26,553 nucleotides of DNA from a virus (IMGVR_UViG_3300020045_005630:1-26553), one strand, 5' to 3'. Positions 8,519-16,750 are shown, counted from the stretch's first letter. A program made the numbers and translations. The notes: generated from the sequence alone by a model not told the origin.

Positions 8519-8906
8519 GCTTTATTGCGTGGTTATGCTCGAAGTCTTACTCCACAAACTGACTCCTTATTCAGACAAAAGACCGGAACTTCCTCAAAAT
8601 ATACTTATTTGGCTAAAGTGGGTGCAATGCTGTACACTTGTAACATCCGACGTGATAATTTTTTAGTAGTCAAGTAAAAGAATAAGCCGTCGCACGATGC
8701 GGTTTTTGAATGTGATGTAGGTTAGACTAATAAAGGTAATCAAAAAAGTCTATCAACTGGATGGTAAAAGATCACGGAAAGAAAGTGTTATGAATAATGA
8801 TGAAATAAAGTTGAATTATGTGTTTTATAACACACTTCAAATTGATATTTGCATACCTATATTTAGTATTTTTGAGGTGTGAATTAATCATCTAAAAACC
8901 CATATC

Positions 8907-9233
8907 ATGAAAATCACAGCAATCGAATTATCAGAAATTGAAATCAGCGAAGTAGTTAATTATTTGACTTCAAAGTTTAATACCGAAGATACAAAACAAA
9001 CTATTGAAGAAGAACTTTCAGAAGTTCAAGATTTTACCAATGTTGATAATTTTCAGTTTGAATCAGTTTTAGAACTTTATACAGAGATGCTAGATTTTGA
9101 CGAAAATCATCAGACTGAAATTAGTTATCGTTCAGTTGTTAAATTCTCTATTACTTTCTTTTATGACGGTGAAGAAATTAAAGTCAATACAGATAAAATT
9201 TACGAGTTAATTCACAAATACTATGAAATCTAA
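8907..9233 (+). CDS. Acidic hypothetical protein
   Basis: Very E/D-rich; promoter TATTTTTG at 8867-8874. Confidence 0.7.
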   Translation: MKITAIELSEIEISEVVNYLTSKFNTEDTKQTIEEELSEVQDFTNVDNFQFESVLELYTEMLDFDENHQTEISYRSVVKFSITFFYDGEEIKVNTDKIYELIHKYYEI

Positions 9234-9342
9234 ACCAAAAAAACTATGTGTTAAGTGCGGTAATCTTGCCGTACTTAACGAATACTGAGTTTGTAAAGAT
9301 TGCGAATCATACGATGCAAATAAAAATAATTCTAAAAACTAA
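9223..9342 (+). pseudogene. Small zinc-ribbon ORF with in-frame TGA (9286-9288)
   Basis: MKSKPKKLCVKCGNLAVLNEY*VCKDCESYDANKNNSKN*. Confidence 0.5.
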
Positions 9343-9346
9343 AACT

Positions 9347-10240
9347 ATGGCAATTATTAAAAAATCAGATTCATTCCCTAAACGTCCGGTTATTATTCTG
9401 TTATACGGTCAACCCGGAGTAGGTAAAACAAGTTTATTCAATACCGCTGCAAATCCTATCCTTTTAGATTGTGATCGTGGAGCAGATCGTTCTATCAATC
9501 GTCAGGATACTATCATTGCTTCAAAATGGAATGATGTATTGGCTGATGAATCAGAAATCAAAAACTATTCTACTTTAGGCATTGATACCGCTAAATCAGT
9601 TTTAGATGACTTTTTGATGACTTACGTTGCTGAACAGGACTACAAGCTGAAAACTAACAAGCTAAAGGCTTACGGTGCAATAGGTGACGAATTTAAGCTA
9701 TTCATTAATCGGAGAAGAAACGAACAGATTGATATTGTTGTTATCGCTCATGCCAAAGAGGAAAAAGACGGAGACAATACAAAGTTCAGTCCTGATGTAA
9801 CCGGAGGCTCAAAAGACTTGTTATTGCGCATTGCCGATCAAGTTGGGTATGTTTACATGGCAAATAATAAGCGGACTATCAACTTTGACCCGACCGATAA
9901 GACAATCGGTAAGAACGTAGCACGGTTGCCAATTATGGAAATTCCAGACGAAACAAATCCGAAGTTTAAAACGTTTATGGCTGAAATTATTGACTCAGTT
10001 AAAAACTCAATTCAGGCAATGAGTAACGACCAAAAGGAAGCGATGGAGCAGATTGAAAACGTCAATCAGTTAATTGCTTCGATCAATACACCGGATGACG
10101 CTCAAAACTGTTCCGATGAAATTGGCAAACTTCCAAAGGATTTAAAGATTGGATTCAGGAATTCGTTCTTAGCCAAACTGAAAGAGGTTAATTTATCATT
10201 TAATAAAGTTACAAATACTTTTGAATATGCTGAATCTTAA
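9347..10240 (+). CDS. Sak4-like AAA ATPase / single-strand annealing recombinase
   Basis: ILLYGQPGVGKTS Walker A, LLDCDRG, GIDT Walker B, VVIAH; start moved to MAIIKKS. Confidence 0.85.
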   Translation: MAIIKKSDSFPKRPVIILLYGQPGVGKTSLFNTAANPILLDCDRGADRSINRQDTIIASKWNDVLADESEIKNYSTLGIDTAKSVLDDFLMTYVAEQDYKLKTNKLKAYGAIGDEFKLFINRRRNEQIDIVVIAHAKEEKDGDNTKFSPDVTGGSKDLLLRIADQVGYVYMANNKRTINFDPTDKTIGKNVARLPIMEIPDETNPKFKTFMAEIIDSVKNSIQAMSNDQKEAMEQIENVNQLIASINTPDDAQNCSDEIGKLPKDLKIGFRNSFLAKLKEVNLSFNKVTNTFEYAES

Positions 10241-10357
10241 CAAATAATTTTATATCTTTAGGATTGGATAGGTCGGAGTAGCTACCGATTGACAAGGGAA
10301 ACCAGAACTCCCTTCCAATTCCTTTTTGTTCTGGACTTCAAAAATAAACTGGTAATC

Positions 10358-10753
10358 ATGGAAAATGAAATTTGGAAAGACATTCCTTGTTATGAAGGAT
10401 TTTATCAAGCTAGTAATTATGGAAACATAAAACGGCTTCAAACAATAGTAAATCAAAGGCAAGGTAAAAGTGTTAAGAAAGAGCGAATAATGAGACAATG
10501 TAGATGCAGAGGATATTTGCATTTTAAGGTTAGTAAATATAATTTATGTAAAACTTTTTTATCTCATCGGATTATAGCATTAACATTTATTCCAAATCCT
10601 GAGAATAAACCATGTGTAAACCATGTTAACGGCATTAAAACTGATAATAGAGTTGAAAATCTCGAATGGTGTACTTATTCAGAGAACGAATTACACTCAT
10701 ATAAAACATTAGGGAAAATTCATCCATCACAATTTAAAAACAAAATAAAATGA
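10358..10753 (+). CDS. NUMOD4-HNH homing endonuclease
   Basis: EIWKDIPCYEGFYQASNYGNIK (NUMOD4); VNHVNGIKTDNRVENLEWCTYSENELH (HNH). Confidence 0.9.
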   Translation: MENEIWKDIPCYEGFYQASNYGNIKRLQTIVNQRQGKSVKKERIMRQCRCRGYLHFKVSKYNLCKTFLSHRIIALTFIPNPENKPCVNHVNGIKTDNRVENLEWCTYSENELHSYKTLGKIHPSQFKNKIK

Positions 10754-11424
10754 ATATAAATATACGTGTCACTCAATTAGAGAAATTCAGGCGTTTCATT
10801 TGCGAAACGTCTGAATACGACAGCGAAGAAAGTTTAATGGAAACATTGACCGGAAAGTTTACTGGCAATGAATATACCCGAATTGGAACGGCATTTCATA
10901 AAATTGTAGAATGTGGTGACGTATGCGATTTGGCTGGATTTATTAAAATTGATGATTTTAAGATAAAATTTAATCAATCACAGATAAATACTGCATTAGA
11001 GTATAAGAAGTCAATTTCAGGCTGTTTTCATGAGATTAGAGCGAATAAAGTATATTCGATAAATGGAACAGAAATAAACGTTTCTGGAGGTGCTGACGTT
11101 GTTTTAGGTAACCAAATCAGGGATATTAAAACCAAGTATTCATATTTGAAAAGTATCTCAGATTATACAGATTCCGTTCAATGGAAATTGTATTGCGATA
11201 TTTTTGAACTTCCTGAATTTTATTTTGATATTTTTGAGTTTAAAGGATATCAGAAAGAGAAAAACGGTTATGATGTTTCAGGTCTTACTTTGGTCAAACA
11301 CGATCCGATTCATTGTATTGAGTATTCAGGGATGCAAAACGACATTGAGTTGCTTTTAACTCAGTTTTTAGACTTTATCAGGTTTCGTAAAATAGAACAT
11401 TTGTTTTATGAACGAAAGATATAA
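10750..11424 (+). CDS. PD-(D/E)XK-type exonuclease, probable Sak4 partner
   Basis: GTAFH...E...GGADVV...DIKTK...QWKLY motif order. Confidence 0.75.
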   Translation: MNINIRVTQLEKFRRFICETSEYDSEESLMETLTGKFTGNEYTRIGTAFHKIVECGDVCDLAGFIKIDDFKIKFNQSQINTALEYKKSISGCFHEIRANKVYSINGTEINVSGGADVVLGNQIRDIKTKYSYLKSISDYTDSVQWKLYCDIFELPEFYFDIFEFKGYQKEKNGYDVSGLTLVKHDPIHCIEYSGMQNDIELLLTQFLDFIRFRKIEHLFYERKI

Positions 11425-11839
11425 TACCGGAACTGATACAGGCTATATCAAAGCCTTAGATCAATTGCACTATTATAAATCAATTAGTGCAATTATTGAA
11501 ATGCCTCAAATAAAAATGACTCGATCAAATAAGCAAAATTCGGCACTTCATTTGTTTTTTACTTGGTGTTCAAACTCTTTAAATGATGCCGGAATAGAAT
11601 ATAAATATACCGGATTAAAATTGAAAGAAATTGAAATACCGTGGACTCCAACTCTGTTTAAGGAAATGACATGGAAACCAATTCAAAAAACATTGTTTGA
11701 ATTTGAATCTACGACTAAACTTAACACGACTCAAATAAACACTATTTTAGACATTTTAACACGTTTTTTTGCAGAACGTGGTATAAGTATCAATTTCCCT
11801 AATCAGTTTGATTATTGGCTAAATAAATTAGATTATTGA
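11408..11839 (+). CDS. NinB/YbcN-like protein
   Basis: RSNKQNSALH...STTKLNT...GISINFP. Confidence 0.6.
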   Translation: MNERYNTGTDTGYIKALDQLHYYKSISAIIEMPQIKMTRSNKQNSALHLFFTWCSNSLNDAGIEYKYTGLKLKEIEIPWTPTLFKEMTWKPIQKTLFEFESTTKLNTTQINTILDILTRFFAERGISINFPNQFDYWLNKLDY

Positions 11840-11916
11840 TGTTTTACAGCATACGAAAACATTCTATTAAGTCACTACTAAAATATACTTTTGAGAACAC
11901 TTTAAAACTAAAAGAA

Positions 11917-12084
11917 ATGAAAACAATTAAAGACCTAAAGAAAAATGATAAGTTTAAATTTAATGACAAAATCTATACAGTTAAAAGATGTTGGATAAAC
12001 GACGACAAACCATTAATTGCACTTGATAAGTGGTTTGATGAGGGAAGGTTTTATTATAAAGGCCTTGAAATTGAAAAAATATAA
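11917..12084 (+). CDS. Hypothetical protein
   Basis: Start moved to MKTIKDLKK, downstream of TACTTTTG at 11886-11893. Confidence 0.65.
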   Translation: MKTIKDLKKNDKFKFNDKIYTVKRCWINDDKPLIALDKWFDEGRFYYKGLEIEKI

Positions 12085-12088
12085 AACT

Positions 12089-12502
12089 ATGAGCGCAAAA
12101 TCAACATTAATCAAATCAATCCAAAACATTGCCGGAATCGAGGAAGTAAACCTTCTGGCTATATCGCCTGAATCAAACGACTTTATGGTTGTGGAAATCT
12201 ATTTCGATCCTGAAACGGTTACCGATAGATTGACACTGGAAGAAGTGTCACTGAGAAATTATAACAGTGCGGTAAGACGTGGAAAGATCAACGATAAAAC
12301 AAACATATTTGATTTTATCGGCAAAATTGCAGAAGAAGCAATAGAACTATCTGATAGCACAAAAGTTGGAACTTCAATATTTGACGCCTCAGAACTTGCT
12401 GATATTTCAATAGTTTGTGACTCAATAGCTATTCACTATGGCATAGATTTACAAGCTGAGAAAGAAAAGAAAATGCTATTTAACGAATGTAGAAAAGATT
12501 AG
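12089..12502 (+). CDS. MazG-like nucleotide pyrophosphohydrolase-domain protein
   Basis: KIAEEAIEL...ELADISIVC...GIDLQAEKEKKM..N (EExxE...ELAD). Confidence 0.75.
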   Translation: MSAKSTLIKSIQNIAGIEEVNLLAISPESNDFMVVEIYFDPETVTDRLTLEEVSLRNYNSAVRRGKINDKTNIFDFIGKIAEEAIELSDSTKVGTSIFDASELADISIVCDSIAIHYGIDLQAEKEKKMLFNECRKD

Positions 12503-12527
12503 TCACTAAAATAAAAACCAAATCAGA

Positions 12528-13352
12528 ATGTTAATACGAGATCACTTCCAGAATTTCAAATCATATCAACTACCAAAAGCACAATTAATCATTGCTGATG
12601 TTCCATATAATTTAGGGAATAACGCTTATGCTTCAAATCCTGCTTGGTATAAAGACGGTGACAATACAAACGGAGAAAGCGAACTTGCCGGAAAAAGTTT
12701 CTTTGATACCGATACCGATTTTCGCCCTGCTGAATTTATGCACTTTTGTAGTACAATGCTTAAACCTGAAAAGAAAGCGAGTAAAGTTGAAGGCGAAGCA
12801 AGGCAAAAAGGCGATGCGCCGTGTATGGTTCTTTTTTGCGCCTTCGATCAACAGATGTATTTTATTGAACTTGCTAAAAAATACGGATTGAACAATTATA
12901 TCAATTTGGTTTTTCGTAAAAACTTCTCGGCCCAGGTATTGAAAGCAAATATGAAGATAGTAGGTAATTGCGAATACGGTTTAGTTTTATACCGTGACAA
13001 ATTGCCAAAATTTAGGAATAATGGCAAAATGATTTTTAATTGTATTGATTGGCCTAGAGATAATGAAAGCGAAAAGATACACCCAACGCAAAAGCCTGTT
13101 AAATTACTTGAAACTATTATTTCAATTTTTACCGATGAAGGCGATGTAGTTATTGATCCTGTTGCCGGAAGTGGTTCTACTTTGGTGGCTGCTGAAAACT
13201 TAGGAAGAAAAGCACATGGATTCGAGATTAAAAAAGACTTTCATATTGAAGCAACTAAATGGATTGAAGAAAATAAACTCAAAAAGTCTGAGATCAAACA
13301 GTTAGGTTATGCCAAAACTGAAATAAGTAAAATTAATCCGATATTATTCTAA
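12528..13352 (+). CDS. Orphan N4/N6 DNA methyltransferase (beta class)
   Basis: IIADVPY (motif IV), HPTQKP, VIDPVAGSGST (motif I). Confidence 0.9.
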   Translation: MLIRDHFQNFKSYQLPKAQLIIADVPYNLGNNAYASNPAWYKDGDNTNGESELAGKSFFDTDTDFRPAEFMHFCSTMLKPEKKASKVEGEARQKGDAPCMVLFCAFDQQMYFIELAKKYGLNNYINLVFRKNFSAQVLKANMKIVGNCEYGLVLYRDKLPKFRNNGKMIFNCIDWPRDNESEKIHPTQKPVKLLETIISIFTDEGDVVIDPVAGSGSTLVAAENLGRKAHGFEIKKDFHIEATKWIEENKLKKSEIKQLGYAKTEISKINPILF

Positions 13353-13629
13353 CACTCTTTAAAAATCCTCAGATAATTGCAAATTCAATTCGCCTTGAAA
13401 TCACTAATTATCTGGGGATTCGCTATTTTCAAACTATAAAAAAATTATATAACTGTTCTGTGCCAGGCTAAACACACTGCGTTCTGATTGAATTAATTAG
13501 TATTAACCAATAAGCATTTTGCTATTGTTCTGGTAATTATTACCCGCAATCGCTAAAGCCTTGGAGACTACGCAAGAAAGATTGACAACCGGAAAGACGG
13601 CAAAGCAGTGGAATGCTGCTTTTAAAATT

Positions 13630-13836
13630 ATGGAAAAGATTTTATATGTAACTTTTAGAGACAATGGTCCTGACAACGAAGGGAGGAGACATTTTTTACT
13701 TGAATGGGAAAGTAACCATATTGGTTATTTCAAAAATGAAACAGGATTATTTGGTCAAATATTTTTTACTCAACCAGAAAAAGAAATTTACAGTTTTATA
13801 AAAAAGGATTATGAAATCAAATATAAAAATTCCTGA
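13630..13836 (+). CDS. Hypothetical protein
   Basis: Start moved to MEKILYV, after the hairpin at 13602-13622. Confidence 0.55.
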   Translation: MEKILYVTFRDNGPDNEGRRHFLLEWESNHIGYFKNETGLFGQIFFTQPEKEIYSFIKKDYEIKYKNS

Positions 13837-14425
13837 TAATTTAATCGTAATTGATAAAGGAAGATATACTTATTTGCTTGATAAAAATGGAACTATTTAC
13901 CGACAAACAGGCAAAGGATTGAAAGAAGTTGAAAAAAGGATCGGACGACGTGGATATTGCGAATTGAAAATAAAAGGTAAAAATTATATTTATCATCAAA
14001 TTGTCGCTAAATATTTGGTTCCAAATCCAAATAACGGAAACAAAATATTTTTCAACTCATCAAATGTGTTTGATACACGACCACAAAATTTGAGATGGGT
14101 GTGGACACGAGAACACCAAAGATTAACGCCACATGAAGCTATTAAGCGGACTAAATGCAGAAATCTGATTGCATATTACCAAACAGGAAATAGACGAATA
14201 ATTGATAGCCTAATTCCTGATGTGCTGAATAAAATATATTCAATTTTTGACCGAAAAAAAGTAGATGAAATGCTAGGTGAATTATTTGAATTATTTTATA
14301 ACTATCTTGATAGATGTTTAATTTTTAACATTGAAAATGATATTATTCAAACATTTAGAGGACTACTAAAACAAGAATTAAGAAATAAAGTCAAAACGTA
14401 TCAAATTAACGAACGATTTATATAA
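13811..14425 (+). CDS. Degenerate HNH-fold protein with helical C-terminal domain
   Basis: GYCELKIKGKNYIYHQIVAKYLVPNPNN...DTRPQNLRW mirrors HNH_3 but lacks the catalytic His. Confidence 0.6.
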   Translation: MKSNIKIPDNLIVIDKGRYTYLLDKNGTIYRQTGKGLKEVEKRIGRRGYCELKIKGKNYIYHQIVAKYLVPNPNNGNKIFFNSSNVFDTRPQNLRWVWTREHQRLTPHEAIKRTKCRNLIAYYQTGNRRIIDSLIPDVLNKIYSIFDRKKVDEMLGELFELFYNYLDRCLIFNIENDIIQTFRGLLKQELRNKVKTYQINERFI

Positions 14426-14601
14426 TGAAAGAAATCCTATCCGAACTTGAAAAAGGCAATTCAGTATTGATCGAAACCGAGAAATTAGAGGAATTCTGGT
14501 ATTATTGCAGCACTAAAAGAACTCTATACGCTTTTAGATACGAATATCAGGAAACTATGGTTAAAATAACTATTACACCGGAAACAAATATCAGACAATG
14601 A
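14425..14601 (+). CDS. Hypothetical protein, 58 aa
   Basis: MKEILSELEKG...; TAATG and ATGA overlaps with neighbours. Confidence 0.6.
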   Translation: MKEILSELEKGNSVLIETEKLEEFWYYCSTKRTLYAFRYEYQETMVKITITPETNIRQ

Positions 14602-15251
14602 CACAATCTAAACTTTGTAGATATGAAGGATGTAATAATCAAGTTGCATCATTTCCAAACTCAACCATAAAAAGAAAATATTGCCATGATCATTTTATTG
14701 AATTTGTAATAACTAAATCTAAAGAACAGATTGCTAAATCAAAGATAATTGAAAAGAAAGAAAAAACAATCGAACTTCTTTCTTCCGATGGTTATAGACA
14801 AAAATACATTCAGCCTATTTTTAATGAAATTGCAAGGTTAATAGATTACGGATGTCCGTGCATAGCAACAGGATCAATGAATGGTAAGATGTCAGGCGGT
14901 CACTTCTGGTCTGTCGGATCAAATAGAACTACTTGTTTAAATCTTCACAATATCCATGTTCAATCATTTCATTCTAATTCGGCTATGGGTGGCGATAATA
15001 TCAGATATAGAGAAGGAATAATAAAAGTTTATGGTATTGACTACATGGAGAAGATAGAGTCGTTAAAGCTATTAAAACCGCTAAAATTGACTAAAGATGA
15101 TTTTATAGAAATTAAACGTATTGCTTCTGAAATTAGAAACGAATTAAGACAGCATCGAAAATATTGTTTTGAATTAAGTACGCCAGAAGAAAGAATAAAA
15201 ATGCGTGAAGAAATTAATAATAAGTTAGGGATATATGAAAGTTTATTTTAA
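14598..15251 (+). CDS. ninG: NinG/Rap-like recombination endonuclease
   Basis: N-terminal Cys cluster; QPIFNEIARLIDYGCPCIA...GGHFWSVG...HNIHVQ...N...GDNIRYREGI. Confidence 0.8.
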   Translation: MTQSKLCRYEGCNNQVASFPNSTIKRKYCHDHFIEFVITKSKEQIAKSKIIEKKEKTIELLSSDGYRQKYIQPIFNEIARLIDYGCPCIATGSMNGKMSGGHFWSVGSNRTTCLNLHNIHVQSFHSNSAMGGDNIRYREGIIKVYGIDYMEKIESLKLLKPLKLTKDDFIEIKRIASEIRNELRQHRKYCFELSTPEERIKMREEINNKLGIYESLF

Positions 15252-15322
15252 CTTTACTTTCGATTTCTGAATTTGGTTTTTTCATGTTTTGGTTAGTTTA
15301 GTTTTTTAGTGATTAAAGTATT

Positions 15323-15354
15323 GGTAGCCGGATATCTAACATTCGGCTACTTTT
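15323..15354 (+). terminator. Intrinsic terminator
   Basis: GTAGCCGGAT-ATCTAAC-ATTCGGCTAC followed by TTTT. Confidence 0.75.
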
Positions 15355-15377
15355 AAACTGATTTATTTACAAATTGT

Positions 15378-15536
15378 ATGAAAAGAATAACTATACGAAA
15401 AGATTTGATGAATAAGAGCGAATACTCAAAGAAGTATTCAATAAATAGGGTAACTATTGATAAAATGATCAATGAAGGCAAATTAGCCGTTGAACGTGTT
15501 TCTGGTATTGATTATATCAAACTAGAAACAAAGTAA
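15378..15536 (+). CDS. Small excisionase/MerR-like HTH DNA-binding protein, 52 aa
   Basis: LMNKSEYSKKYSINRVTIDKMINEGKL...SGIDYI; not in ORF track. Confidence 0.7.
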   Translation: MKRITIRKDLMNKSEYSKKYSINRVTIDKMINEGKLAVERVSGIDYIKLETK

Positions 15537-15569
15537 TTTTTTCGGATATAAATTTTAACACATTGTAAA

Positions 15570-16286
15570 ATGAATGAAGGTTGGATAAAAATATATCGTA
15601 AATTCTCAGATTGGGAATGGTTTAATATTTCAGAAATGGTACATTTATTCATTTACCTTTTGATTAACGCTAATCATCAAGATGGTGAATGGAGAGGTAT
15701 AAATATTAAAAGAGGTCAGATTTTAACCGGATTAAATAGCCTTAATAATGATACTAAAATAAGTATTCAAACTTTAAGGACGTGTTTAAAGAGATTAGAA
15801 AAAACACACGAAATCAACATACAAGTAACAAACAAATATAGTATTATAACTATCTGTAAATATGACGATTATCAAACAGAAAAAACAATAACTAACAAGC
15901 AATCTAACAAACAACTAACATTCAATCAACAAACAACTAACAACAAACAAGAATATAAAGAAGAAAAAGAAATAAATACTAACGTATTTATATATTCCGA
16001 GTTTTACGACAATCAGATTAAATTATCAGAAAACAATTCAGATTATATAAAATTTGTTAAATTTCTTTTTGGAGGTAACGATATTGAAAAGCGACTTAAT
16101 AGAGTTTTAGGTTTAAAAGATCAATTAACATATTCTCAATTTGAAAAGATACTTACTAAGTCTATTGAAAAAAATAAAAAACTTAGAAATATGCTTTTAG
16201 ACCTTGAAAATAATGTTGCATACACAAAAGGAAGGGTTAATTTATATTCGATTTTTAATTCATGGTTAAATCGTGAACAAAAATGA
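15570..16286 (+). CDS. Phage replication initiator (replisome organizer, lambda-O-like role)
   Basis: GWIKIYRKFSDWEW...LLINANH...IKRGQ...LRTCLKRLEK winged helix, followed by a Q/N/T linker carrying DNA repeats. Confidence 0.85.
   Translation: MNEGWIKIYRKFSDWEWFNISEMVHLFIYLLINANHQDGEWRGINIKRGQILTGLNSLNNDTKISIQTLRTCLKRLEKTHEINIQVTNKYSIITICKYDDYQTEKTITNKQSNKQLTFNQQTTNNKQEYKEEKEINTNVFIYSEFYDNQIKLSENNSDYIKFVKFLFGGNDIEKRLNRVLGLKDQLTYSQFEKILTKSIEKNKKLRNMLLDLENNVAYTKGRVNLYSIFNSWLNREQK
15890..15944 (+). repeat. Iteron-like direct repeats (putative replication origin)
   Basis: AACTAACAagc/AATCTAACAaac/AACTAACAttc/AATCAACAaac/AACTAACAac, period 11-12 bp. Confidence 0.7.
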
Positions 16287-16750
16287 TCTACGAACAAAAA
16301 TACATTCAAGAAACAGAGAACCTGATTAAATTTTATCAGGATAAAAAAAATCAGTCAATCAAAGAATATATTTTAACGTGTCACAATTATATCAGCGAAT
16401 TACGTAACTTAGATACCATTGAACTGTTTACAGAACTTGAATACGAAAAGGCATTTAAGCAAGTTTTGAGTTTAGTAAAAGAAACGTTTAGACCAGATCA
16501 TTTTAATAGCTCATTTCCGGCTCTTTCAGATACTTTAATTCATTGGCTTGACGATGAGTTTATAGTTTACATACTTGGGGTACAATCGCAGCTTAAACAG
16601 CCTATAAAGTGGAATTTATTAATTGACTTGCAATTTAAATATTCAATTGTTAGGATTCAATGGCTTTGTAAAAATGGATTTAATTCTGATTTTGAAAGTT
16701 ATTCGATTAAAAATATTAAACTAATAGAATTATTCAAACTAAAAATATGA
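16283..16750 (+). CDS. Hypothetical protein between initiator and helicase
   Basis: ATGA overlaps on both sides. Confidence 0.7.
   Translation: MIYEQKYIQETENLIKFYQDKKNQSIKEYILTCHNYISELRNLDTIELFTELEYEKAFKQVLSLVKETFRPDHFNSSFPALSDTLIHWLDDEFIVYILGVQSQLKQPIKWNLLIDLQFKYSIVRIQWLCKNGFNSDFESYSIKNIKLIELFKLKI

Noticed and set aside
8394-8666. 90-aa ORF
   Set aside because: Starts at the promoter/TSS, crosses a terminator and has no recognisable motif; better explained as structured RNA, though not excluded.
10226-10249. Possible duplicated exonuclease start (ATGCTGAAT...) left of the NUMOD4-HNH insertion
   Set aside because: Similarity to the 10750 start is too short to support.
10250-12891. ORFs 10250(-), 12628(+), 12633(-)
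   Set aside because: Overlap the HNH and methyltransferase genes, which carry clear motifs.
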